DNA of 64,000 nt from Candidatus Nomurabacteria bacterium (GTDB taxonomy: Bacteria > Patescibacteriota > Minisyncoccia > Phycocordibacterales > UBA2100): the NCBI GenBank assembly GCA_943356775.1, contig CALRFU010000001.1, forward strand, positions 78,891-142,890. The letters are read 5' to 3'. A model generated the notes under the pieces. That model searched no databases. It was not told where the DNA came from and saw only the letters and a list, made by a program, of their open reading frames with translations. Both the position numbers and the translations under genes were made by a program. Below, one piece after another: positions 49,219 to 57,651 of this stretch (its first letter is position 1; each line of letters begins with the position of its first letter).

Positions 49219-50685
49219 CTATTTGAAGACAATTTCTTGAGCCCGCTCTTTGATATCTATCGGGTAGACACCGGTGAAACAGGAGGTGCAAAATTGGTCT
49301 TCGGAAAGGCCTGTCGCAGCTATCATGCCTTCGTATGAAAGATAGCGCACCGAGGTCGCCTTGAGGTGCTGCCGTATCTCTTCGACTGATTTCGTGGCAG
49401 CAATGAGGTCTTTTTGGTCGGGAGTATCGATACCGTAAAAGTCCGGGAATTTTACCGGCGGGGAGGCGACGAGGAAGTGCACTTCAGTCGCCCCCGCCTC
49501 GAATAGCATTTCTACTATCTGACGCGAAGTGGTACCGCGCACGATTGAATCGTCGATGACGATGACCCGCTTACCCTTGATGCAATCGACTATCGGCGTG
49601 AGCTTCGCCTTCACTCCCTGCTCGCGGATATGTTGCTCCGGTTGGATAAACGTGCGATGGATGTATCTATTCTTTGCGAGCGCAAGTTCCATCGGTATTC
49701 CCGAAGCACGTGAAAATCCTACCGCCGAAGGTATCGCGGTCTCGGGGACAGGAATTACTACATCCGCTTCAATTTTATTTTCTTTTGCGAGCTGCACACC
49801 GAAATTTTTGCGCACCTCATAGACTGATTTGCCGAGTATTTGGCTATCCGGCCGGGCGAAATACACGAATTCAAATATGTCGAGTTTTGGATTCGGCGTG
49901 GCCAATGTACGGGAGCGCATTCCACCTTCGTCTATCACAAGCATCTCTCCCGGCTCAATCTCACGTACAAATTCAGCACCTATCGTAGGGTATGCGCACG
50001 TCTCGGATGCAATAACGTACCCGCCATTAAGCCGCGCTACGGAGAGCGGGCGCACACCACACGCGTCGCGGATGGCAATGAGTTTATCCTTGGACATGAT
50101 GAGTATGGAGAACGCCCCGGTCATGTGGGGATACACCTCTGCAATAGCGTTTTCCAAATCATTGCCTTCCCGCATTAATGCCCCGATGGCCTCCGCTATC
50201 ATGCGGGAGTCTGAATACTCGGACGAGTCTATCTTTTTAGACGTAAGGAAATCCGCAAGTGCCTTCGTACTCGGCAAATTGCCGTTGTGCACGAGTGCTA
50301 TTGAATCGTCTTCCGGTGCAGAGCGCAGTGACACGTACGGGTACATACCGGCGCTCGGAGCCTCCGCTGGACGCTCTACCGAGCCCTTGCCCGCCACGAG
50401 CATCGGTTGGGCGTGCTTCACGTGGGAGCCGCCTGCCGTCGAATAACGATTATGGGCCACACTAATGTGGCCCGTGAGTTGTTTTATGTTGTTTTCGGTA
50501 AAGACTTGAGAGACGAGTCCCATGCCTTTGTGGAGGGTAATACTCTCCCCGTCGGCGACGGCGATACCGGCGCTCTCTTGCCCCCGGTGTTGGAGCGCAA
50601 AGAGTCCGAAAAAGGAGAGCCGCGCAGCTTCGAGTCCCGTACCGTAGACTCCGAAGACCGCGCATTTCTCTCCAAGTAGTTCCAT
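49219..50685 (-). CDS. purF: Amidophosphoribosyltransferase
   Basis: EKC propeptide/Cys1, LQHRGQE, H.RYST, HNG, FEFVYFARPDS, IDDSIVRGTT, YGID. Confidence 0.95.
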   Translation of the reverse strand: MELLGEKCAVFGVYGTGLEAARLSFFGLFALQHRGQESAGIAVADGESITLHKGMGLVSQVFTENNIKQLTGHISVAHNRYSTAGGSHVKHAQPMLVAGKGSVERPAEAPSAGMYPYVSLRSAPEDDSIALVHNGNLPSTKALADFLTSKKIDSSEYSDSRMIAEAIGALMREGNDLENAIAEVYPHMTGAFSILIMSKDKLIAIRDACGVRPLSVARLNGGYVIASETCAYPTIGAEFVREIEPGEMLVIDEGGMRSRTLATPNPKLDIFEFVYFARPDSQILGKSVYEVRKNFGVQLAKENKIEADVVIPVPETAIPSAVGFSRASGIPMELALAKNRYIHRTFIQPEQHIREQGVKAKLTPIVDCIKGKRVIVIDDSIVRGTTSRQIVEMLFEAGATEVHFLVASPPVKFPDFYGIDTPDQKDLIAATKSVEEIRQHLKATSVRYLSYEGMIAATGLSEDQFCTSCFTGVYPIDIKERAQEIVFK

Positions 50686-50729
50686 AGAGAAGAAGGGATT
50701 ATATCATAATCCGGCCGATATGGGGATTT

Positions 50730-51677
50730 TCAAATTCCCTTCTCAAGCAGCCACAAAAGTATCGCTTTCTGAACGTGTTTGCGGTTCTCCGCCTGGTCAA
50801 AGATGACGGAATTCTTGTGTTCGATGGCGTCGCGGGTTATTTCGTAGCCCACATGCATCGGCATACAGTGCATAATCCCCGCCTGTGGAGCGTAGGTATC
50901 AATCAGCTGCGCATTCAATTGATACGGCATGAGGAGGCTCCTCCGGCGTTCGTATTCATTTGCGAACTCCGGACGCACCTTCCCGTTTTCAAAATATTCA
51001 ACATCCATCCAGGTATCCGTGTGCACATAATCGGCACCACGAAGAGCCTCCTTGATATTCAAGATTTTTCTTACTCTGCCCGTATCGTCCGCCGCCGCAT
51101 TCAATTCCGCGTCCACGCTCGCCACATTGACTTCAGGTGCCGCCAGAACCACATCTATCCCCAGCTTCGCACACGCAAGCTTGAGTGTATTGGAGACGTT
51201 ATTTTCAATGCCCAACCACGCCACTTTTTTTATATTTTCCAGACCGCCGGAACGTTCTGACATGGTAAAAATATCAGCAAGGGCTTGGCACGGGTGATAT
51301 TTCTCACTACAACCGTCGATAACGGGTATCTGATCAAAAGAGGCCGCAAGCGCGACGTCTTTCACGCGCATGAGGCGCATCATGAGCACATCTCCGAAAC
51401 GCATCGCGGCGCGTATCTCATCACGGAAATCGGCGAGGGCAAATTGCGTCTTCGCTGCATCCAGATAAATGGCGTGACCGCCAAGCTCTGTCATTCCGGC
51501 TTCAAATGAAATGCGAGTGCGCGTCGAACCCTTCTGGAAAAACATAAGCAGGGTCTTCCCGTGCAAAAGGTCCGTGGGCTCGCCTGCGCGGTATTTTTTC
51601 TTGAGCGTCGTAGCAATATCCAAAATTGCGCGGATATCATCCGCGCTCTGTTTTTTCAAGGATATAAGGTGGCGCAT
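50730..51677 (-). CDS. Ornithine carbamoyltransferase-family enzyme
   Basis: STRTRISF, HPCQALAD, HCMP, FDQAENR.H.QKA; lacks the canonical SMG motif. Confidence 0.82.
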   Translation of the reverse strand: MRHLISLKKQSADDIRAILDIATTLKKKYRAGEPTDLLHGKTLLMFFQKGSTRTRISFEAGMTELGGHAIYLDAAKTQFALADFRDEIRAAMRFGDVLMMRLMRVKDVALAASFDQIPVIDGCSEKYHPCQALADIFTMSERSGGLENIKKVAWLGIENNVSNTLKLACAKLGIDVVLAAPEVNVASVDAELNAAADDTGRVRKILNIKEALRGADYVHTDTWMDVEYFENGKVRPEFANEYERRRSLLMPYQLNAQLIDTYAPQAGIMHCMPMHVGYEITRDAIEHKNSVIFDQAENRKHVQKAILLWLLEKGI

Positions 51678-51724
51678 AGAGGTGTGCTATTAAGGATAAT
51701 ACGATTATAGATAGAAATAAGGAA

Positions 51725-51756
51725 GGGGTGCGCGCAGAGGAGTCCGCGCGCACCCC
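51725..51756 (-). terminator. Intrinsic terminator after GNAT gene
   Basis: GGGGTGCGCGC / GCGCGCACCCC stem followed by TTCCTTATTT on the - strand. Confidence 0.7.
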
Positions 51757-51761
51757 GGGTT

Positions 51762-52262
51762 TCAACGGACAAAGAGCCAGCGCTCTTTGTCGCAAGGCTG
51801 GGGAGGGTCCGGCGAGAGCGCGGATTCCGGGAGGCGTTCGCGGATTCCGAGCCGCTCCGCCCACGCTTCGACGTCCGGCATCGTCGCCTTCGTTATCGCA
51901 TCCATCTGACATTCTTCGAATACCGTCATGACGGTGCGTACCGAAGTGATGCCGAAGAGCTGGATGACGGCGGGCGTCCGTGCGATGAGTTCAAAAACCA
52001 TCTCACGGACAATACCGTTACCCCGCAAATCCTCGTCGACGTAGATTTGCGAGATTTCCTGCCAGAATTCATCTCCGGTCTTGCGCCGTGCGACGTGCCC
52101 CTTAAGAGGACCCGCCACAAAGACGAACTTGTGTGCTCGCGGATGGACCACCGTCCGACCGGAGAAGAATTGACTCGACAGATTGCGTGGTGTGAGAAGC
52201 GCGGCGTTGTAGACGCCGAGCTTACCCATCCGTGCCGCCAAGTCGATCCAGTTTGGATGCAT
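51762..52262 (-). CDS. GNAT acetyltransferase (ArgA-GNAT-like)
   Basis: EISQIYVDEDLRGNG, LFGIT; GGAGG SD upstream. Confidence 0.7.
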   Translation of the reverse strand: MHPNWIDLAARMGKLGVYNAALLTPRNLSSQFFSGRTVVHPRAHKFVFVAGPLKGHVARRKTGDEFWQEISQIYVDEDLRGNGIVREMVFELIARTPAVIQLFGITSVRTVMTVFEECQMDAITKATMPDVEAWAERLGIRERLPESALSPDPPQPCDKERWLFVR

Positions 52263-52263
52263 C

Positions 52264-52758
52264 TTACGTTCCTCCGTGCGATGGGCAGGTGTCGGGGAAT
52301 CCGACGACCTCGATTTTCGGATATTTCGTGAAGTCCGCTTGTTTTGCAAATTTCCTGCTTTCGAGCGTCAGCACGTAGATTTTGTCGTAGCCCAGATACG
52401 TTGTCAGGACCAAGACGTCGCCGTTGATGTGACAGAGCACCGATCCGACGTCGAGAACCGGGACTATGACCGTCGCCGGAATCTTCTCAGCCGCGAGGCG
52501 GTCTTGGATTTCCGTCTGATTGCGTTCGAGGATATCGCGCGCAATCTGCCGGCCTTCGAATGTTGCAATTTGCCTTCCGAGCGCGCCGAATTCAAACGGA
52601 ATGTTCCGTTCTTTCAATGCCGCCGAAATCTGCGTGCCCCCGCCGGTGCAGATAACAACGAAGTATTCCTGCGCAAGCGTGCGCAACCACGCAAGCACGT
52701 CCGGACGCATATCCGCAAGGTCGCCGGTCATCTTGATGAACGCTGTTCTGCGAGCCAT
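52264..52758 (-). CDS. Amino-acid-kinase fold protein (ArgB-like, short)
   Basis: FIKMTG, VICTGGGTQI, HINGD; GGAGG SD upstream. Confidence 0.7.
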   Translation of the reverse strand: MARRTAFIKMTGDLADMRPDVLAWLRTLAQEYFVVICTGGGTQISAALKERNIPFEFGALGRQIATFEGRQIARDILERNQTEIQDRLAAEKIPATVIVPVLDVGSVLCHINGDVLVLTTYLGYDKIYVLTLESRKFAKQADFTKYPKIEVVGFPDTCPSHGGT

Positions 52759-53001
52759 AAGGCCCTCCGTTTGGTGTGAAAGAACGGATCGTCAGATGCG
52801 TTTTTCGGTTGCATCTAAACGAAGAATGACCTCACTTGAGGCCATTTTGGAAAGTTTGTGGGAAGGGTACAAACACTCTAAACAGCCTCAAATGAAGCTG
52901 CTCGTCGGCGCTGAATATTTGAAATCGTGCTCTGCATGAGCTATACGCTACCACAGCTATTTTTCCTTGCAAGCCCATTGTGGATAGCCCTAAATAAAGA
53001 A

Positions 53002-53026
53002 AACGGGCGCCTATGGGACGCCCGTT
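53002..53026 (-). terminator. Intrinsic terminator downstream of hisG unit
   Basis: AACGGGCG / CGCCCGTT stem followed by TTCTTTATTT on the - strand. Confidence 0.72.
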
Positions 53027-53225
53027 GAGTTGGAAAGAACAAGTGTTTTTGACGTAGGGCGACTGCCGCGCTACGCCGGTTTGCGTGTCGCCTTTTCAGC
53101 AAGGCCGGATATGCCCTCGCGACGCTATAGTTCAGCTTCAACCATCGCAAAAGGAGGTCTGAGAACTTTCATTTTGTTTGTCCTTCGTTTAGTTGTGGCG
53201 GCGGAGCCGAGGCTCCGCCGTAGAG

Positions 53226-54143
53226 CTAGATAATCGAAGATGCGTTCAGCTCGACAATGCCCGTCGCACCCAGTTCAAGCAGCTGCATCTTGAGGTCGTT
53301 GATACCCTCGACGGGAACGACCGTCGAGATAGCGCAATACCCTTCCTCCGCGAGCGCTTGCACTGTCGGACTTTTGAGAGCTGGTAACACCCGCCTGATC
53401 TGATCGAGCCGTCCAAGCGGAGCATTCATCGTGAGATACCGTTTATCGCGCGCCTCGATGACGCCGAGGAGCAGCTTGGCGAAGAAGTCCACACGACGTC
53501 GGACATTCTCACAGGCATACAGATCGGCATGTGCAATGAGTACGGTTTGCGATTCGAATATCTGTGCGACCGAGATAAGGTCGTCAGCCGTGAGGCTGCT
53601 GCCTGTCTCGACGAGCGCAACCCCGAAGTCGTATAGCCCGGAGGCGACAAGCGCCTCCGCACCACCAGGACAGCTGATGACCTCGGCATTGATATTCTCT
53701 GCTGCGAGAAATGCCTTCGTCGTTTGTGGATACTCGGAGACGATACGCACTCCGCGCTGCCGCCGCAATTCGTCGAGTGTACGGGGCGAGTCGTTGCGGC
53801 CGAACAACACACCTCGCGTACCGCCGTTGGTTGTCTTGCTGTAGGCAAGCATTGCGACAACGTTGACCTTGCCCTGCATTCCACCCTCGATGACGTTATC
53901 GAGACCGGTGATACCGGCCACGACCACGCCTTTTTCCACCGCTTCGCAAACCAAAGACGGCTTCAGGCGGATCGCGGTATCGAATCCCGGCAACCCGCTT
54001 ATCGCGCCGATGCTCGAACGCGGATGCGGTAGCTTGAGCCTGATGCCCGCGGCAGCAGCCAGATTGCTCGTCGGTTCTTCAATACTTTTACCGGCGGGCC
54101 ATGCGACTGTCCTTTGCGGATCTATACTCTTTTTCGTGCCCAT
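53226..54143 (-). CDS. hisG: ATP phosphoribosyltransferase, long form (divergent)
   Basis: GITGLD, SEYP, LVETGSSL, C-terminal LPALKSPTV..L / GATGI regulatory domain; GGAGG SD. Confidence 0.85.
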   Translation of the reverse strand: MGTKKSIDPQRTVAWPAGKSIEEPTSNLAAAAGIRLKLPHPRSSIGAISGLPGFDTAIRLKPSLVCEAVEKGVVVAGITGLDNVIEGGMQGKVNVVAMLAYSKTTNGGTRGVLFGRNDSPRTLDELRRQRGVRIVSEYPQTTKAFLAAENINAEVISCPGGAEALVASGLYDFGVALVETGSSLTADDLISVAQIFESQTVLIAHADLYACENVRRRVDFFAKLLLGVIEARDKRYLTMNAPLGRLDQIRRVLPALKSPTVQALAEEGYCAISTVVPVEGINDLKMQLLELGATGIVELNASSII

Positions 54144-54217
54144 GAGGGCCTCCATATTTCGTGCGTACGTGCGCACATGCGAATGTTCACCCTCGCAAGA
54201 TTGACGGATTTTCACGC

Positions 54218-54282
54218 AAAAACCCCCTCGCGAGAGGGAGTTGGTTTGAAATCTAGAAACGACTGTCAACTCAACTCCCTCT
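54218..54282 (-). promoter_or_regulatory. Terminator/antiterminator switch between yerC-like gene and hisG
   Basis: Terminator AACUCCCUC-UCGC-GAGGGGGUUUUU (54242-54218); competing 11-bp helix 54282-54272 : 54243-54233. Confidence 0.7.
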
Positions 54283-54579
54283 GGCCAGAGATGTAGAGCG
54301 GTGATGCAATTTGCTGATGACACTGCGGTAACCACCCCCTTTGCCATTGAGCCACTTGGAAACGCGCGCTACCGTGGTCGAGCTCAAGCCCGTTTTCTTC
54401 TGAATAACCGCGTACGACACCTCCTCCGAGAGCATTTCGGCGGTCTGAAAGCGCTTCGCGAATTCTTCTATCTCGTCCGGCGTGAGCAAATCGCACAAAA
54501 AGCGGCGGGCTTCATCCGCATTCTTAAGCGACAAGAACGCTTGTACCAAACGCTTATATTCCTGCTTATTCCAGTTCAT
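54271..54579 (-). CDS. YerC/YecD (TrpR-family, HisR-like) transcriptional regulator
   Basis: A.LSL....E...FL.DLLT..EI....R...A.ML....SY..I...TG.SSTTVARVSK.L..G.GGY. Confidence 0.92.
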   Translation of the reverse strand: MNWNKQEYKRLVQAFLSLKNADEARRFLCDLLTPDEIEEFAKRFQTAEMLSEEVSYAVIQKKTGLSSTTVARVSKWLNGKGGGYRSVISKLHHRSTSLARGS

Positions 54580-54584
54580 AGAGG

Positions 54585-54614
54585 CACTTTACTCTACTAG
54601 AGTACTCTAGTCAA
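54585..54614 (-). promoter_or_regulatory. Sigma-70 promoter overlapped by HisR-like operator
   Basis: TTGACT-N17-TAAAGT 6 nt before ATG; operator CACTTTA-N6-TAGAGTA (54585-54604); perfect palindrome ACTAGAGTACTCTAGT (54596-54611). Confidence 0.7.
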
Positions 54615-54698
54615 GCTCCCGTTTTACTTACTGCGTAGCAGTTAGAAAAACGCAGTCCCCTTGGGGGATAAAGAGTCCCTTGCTTGTGGGCAATGGCG

Positions 54699-55208
54699 TT
54701 ATCCTGAATGCCGTTCTATCTCCGCGCGGATTCTTTTTAGGTCGGTGCTCTGCTTCATGCGTTCGAGTTCGGGATTTGCTTCCATGGGGACTTGCAGATG
54801 CTGTGCGACCTTTTCGAGCATGACGAGAAGCATCGTAATCTCCTCTTCCGCACGCACATCTATTTCGGTATCTATCTGCTCACGTATGTCCTCCACTTTG
54901 CTCTGGCGGTTCTGGGTGATGAGCACGATTATCGAGAGCATGATTGCTTCGAGCGAAACCACCATGGTCAAAAGGTTGAACGGATACGGGTCAAATGTGC
55001 CGATTCCCGGAATATCTCCGAGATTGATGAGTATCCAGAGGACAAAAACTCCAACGTTTATGAGCAGAAAGGGCACTGTTCCGAATTTGAGTGTAAAAAA
55101 TTCAGCCAGGGCGTCTGTCCACGTCCGCTCTACGTGCAACCGTGATTTTATCTCTTCACGGATTCTTTTCTGCCGCACCCGGGTTGTTGCTACTGACGGA
55201 GTATCCAT
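54699..55208 (-). CDS. DUF1003 family membrane protein
   Basis: D.LA...T..FG...F, FDPYPF.LL...VSLEA, QNRQ. Confidence 0.9.
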   Translation of the reverse strand: MDTPSVATTRVRQKRIREEIKSRLHVERTWTDALAEFFTLKFGTVPFLLINVGVFVLWILINLGDIPGIGTFDPYPFNLLTMVVSLEAIMLSIIVLITQNRQSKVEDIREQIDTEIDVRAEEEITMLLVMLEKVAQHLQVPMEANPELERMKQSTDLKRIRAEIERHSG

Positions 55209-55215
55209 ATTATGT

Positions 55216-55260
55216 ATAGTGATTTATCCTGAGTTTATCGAAGGGGCATCGTCGAACTAT
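55216..55260. repeat. Nested REP-like elements overlapping the gnd stop codon
   Basis: ATAGTGA[TTTATCCTGAGTTTATCGAAGGG]GCATCGTCGAACTAT. Confidence 0.8.
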
Positions 55261-56204
55261 TTCTGTATGCTATGCCCCCCGAACTGATTGCGCAACGCGG
55301 AGACGACCTTACCTGTGAATGAGGGTTTCTTCACCGACTCCACTCGAAATTGGAAGGAGCCTTCAATTATCTTTGCCTCGATACCCATTTCATGCGCGGT
55401 CATTGCCGTCCACTCGCCCTCCCCGAGATGCCCGACGGTGCTTGAGACCTCTTCTAAATCCTCACCATACTGCCCAAACGCGCTCTTGAGCCAGCCTACA
55501 AGGCGCGATTCGATAACGCTTCCGTGATTATAAATATCTGTGACACGTGAAAGGTCAAGTTTGTACGGAGATTTTTTGAGTATTTCAAATCCTTCCCCGA
55601 GGGCCTGCATCATCCCGTATTCAATGCCGTTGTGAACCATTTTCACAAAGTGCCCCGCACCGGCACCCGTAAAGAATTGGTAACCATCTTTGAGTGCGAG
55701 GTCTCGGAAAAGCGCTTCGTGCATTTTGAAGGCTGCTTCATCGCCCCCTATCATCAAGCATCCACCGTTGCGCGCACCTTTCGGACCACCTGAAAATCCC
55801 ACGTCGATGAATGTGATTCCATGTTCTGCGAGTTTGTTTGCGCGTACTTCGGCCTTTTTGAAATATGAGTTGCCACCATCTATAACTACGTCGCCTTTTG
55901 AAAGTAATTCCGTAAGTCCGCCTTTGCCAAAAAGCACTTCGTCTACAGGACTCGGCGCATCTTCTGCGGCCCCGGGCAAACGAGCAGGCACCATCACCCA
56001 CACAAGCCTAGGCGAAGAGAGTCCATCTATGAGCTCCTTGAGAGAAGTGCGTGGTTGGACGCCTTGCTTGGCGAGACCGTCAAGCGTCATTGCACTCGAA
56101 TCAAAACCACTCACACTCCAGCCTTTCTCGTGAAGCTGCAACGCAATCCCCGACCCCATTTTGCCGAGACCTACGATGCCTATCTCTTTTTTGTCATTTG
56201 ACAT
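55257..56204 (-). CDS. gnd: 6-phosphogluconate dehydrogenase (decarboxylating, short type)
   Basis: GLGKMG, IDGGNS, SGG..GA..G, GHFVKMVHNGIEYG, R..FGGH. Confidence 0.95.
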   Translation of the reverse strand: MSNDKKEIGIVGLGKMGSGIALQLHEKGWSVSGFDSSAMTLDGLAKQGVQPRTSLKELIDGLSSPRLVWVMVPARLPGAAEDAPSPVDEVLFGKGGLTELLSKGDVVIDGGNSYFKKAEVRANKLAEHGITFIDVGFSGGPKGARNGGCLMIGGDEAAFKMHEALFRDLALKDGYQFFTGAGAGHFVKMVHNGIEYGMMQALGEGFEILKKSPYKLDLSRVTDIYNHGSVIESRLVGWLKSAFGQYGEDLEEVSSTVGHLGEGEWTAMTAHEMGIEAKIIEGSFQFRVESVKKPSFTGKVVSALRNQFGGHSIQK

Positions 56205-57636
56205 GGCGTGCTGTGTCTAAGACTTCTCTTGAGTTCGGTCTATAGCTCTCCAACGGTACCACGCCCTTTTGCCATGCGGCAAGGATAGGGTCGGTAAATC
56301 TCCACATCTCCCGTATCTCTCCGGTACCGATAAAGAGAGTCTGGTCACCACGGATACAATCAAGAAGGAGTTTTGCGTATTCTTCGACGTACGGCACGTG
56401 GGCGGATTGTTCGCGCAACATATAATGAAATTCTCTGCGCTCGGTCGCAAACGAGAACCCTGCTTTCTTTGTCCAAAACTCAATCAGTATCTCCTCACGC
56501 GGCTCCATGCGGAATATAACTTCGTTCTTGTGATGCGCACCGTTGGGCGGACAGAGGCACGGCATCGGGTGCTTGAAGGTGACGACAATCTCCTTCAAGG
56601 GCTCGCCCAAGCGCTTCCCGCTTTCCATGACCATCGGCACACCGCTCCACTTGGGGTTCGACATCGTGGCGCGAACCTTAAAATAGGTCTCTGTATCGGA
56701 GCTCGGCAGCACACCCTCGATATCCCGGTACCCGTCATACTGACCCCGGAATGTCGCCTTCTTCATGTCTTCGTCTGAAAGAACATCGAGTGAGCTCAAT
56801 ATGTCCGCCCGCTTCTTTTGTATGGCGGCTGCTTCGAAACTCTCCGGATGTTCCATCGTCACGAGTGCGAGCATCTGCAACAGATGGTTTTGTCCCACGT
56901 CACGGAAGGCCCCTACGCCATCATAAAAAGGTCCCCGCTTTTCCACGCCGATTGTCTCTAATACTTTAATGTGAATGCCTTCGATGAGTTTATTGCCCCA
57001 CGGGAGCTCGAAAAGATTGTTGGAGAAACGGAAGGTCAGGATGTTTTGCAACATTTCCTTGGCGAGATAGTGGTCAATGCGGTATATCTGTTCCTCTTTG
57101 AAGAGTTTCCCCAGCAGTTCATCTATTTGCTTGGCGGTCGTGGAGTCCATACCAAAGGGCTTCTCGACAATCACATGCGTCCAACCCTGGTCGGGCTCAC
57201 ATGGATCGGTAAGCCCTGAGCGCGCAAGTTCGCTGAGTATCAATTCGTAAAATTCGGGCGCAACGGAGAGATAGAAAAGCTTGTTGGAGCACACGCCCCA
57301 CTCCGCATCAAGTCCGTCAAATGTCTTTTTCAGGTCATCGTAACTGGATTTGTCGCCGAATTCCCCGCGCTGAAATTCGAACATGGAGAGGAACGGCAGA
57401 AGTTCCGCTTCGGAAATCTTTGTTTTTGCATGTTCTTCCAGGACTTCGTGTACATAGCCCTGAAATTCTTCGTCGCTCCACTCGCGCCGCGAAAAACCGA
57501 CGACTTTGAACATCTTCGGGAGCTCACCGTGTTTGTATGAATAGTAGAGCGCGGGCAAAACCTTGCGCCGCATCAAATCCCCCGTCGCTCCAAAGGCCGC
57601 AAAGATGGTGGGGATGTTATTACTGGGAGCAACCAT
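56194..57636 (-). CDS. zwf: Glucose-6-phosphate 1-dehydrogenase
   Basis: GATGDL, EKPFG, RIDHYLAKE, RDV.QNHLLQ. Confidence 0.97.
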   Translation of the reverse strand: MVAPSNNIPTIFAAFGATGDLMRRKVLPALYYSYKHGELPKMFKVVGFSRREWSDEEFQGYVHEVLEEHAKTKISEAELLPFLSMFEFQRGEFGDKSSYDDLKKTFDGLDAEWGVCSNKLFYLSVAPEFYELILSELARSGLTDPCEPDQGWTHVIVEKPFGMDSTTAKQIDELLGKLFKEEQIYRIDHYLAKEMLQNILTFRFSNNLFELPWGNKLIEGIHIKVLETIGVEKRGPFYDGVGAFRDVGQNHLLQMLALVTMEHPESFEAAAIQKKRADILSSLDVLSDEDMKKATFRGQYDGYRDIEGVLPSSDTETYFKVRATMSNPKWSGVPMVMESGKRLGEPLKEIVVTFKHPMPCLCPPNGAHHKNEVIFRMEPREEILIEFWTKKAGFSFATERREFHYMLREQSAHVPYVEEYAKLLLDCIRGDQTLFIGTGEIREMWRFTDPILAAWQKGVVPLESYRPNSREVLDTARHVK

Positions 57637-57651
57637 AAGGCGCGCTCATTA

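Noticed and set aside
52941-53150. 69-aa - strand ORF
   Set aside because: Runs through a terminator, has no RBS and no recognisable features.
55945-55992. gnd insert PARLPGAAEDAPS as another repeat element
   Set aside because: A real-looking insertion, but no clear palindrome or second copy in the window.
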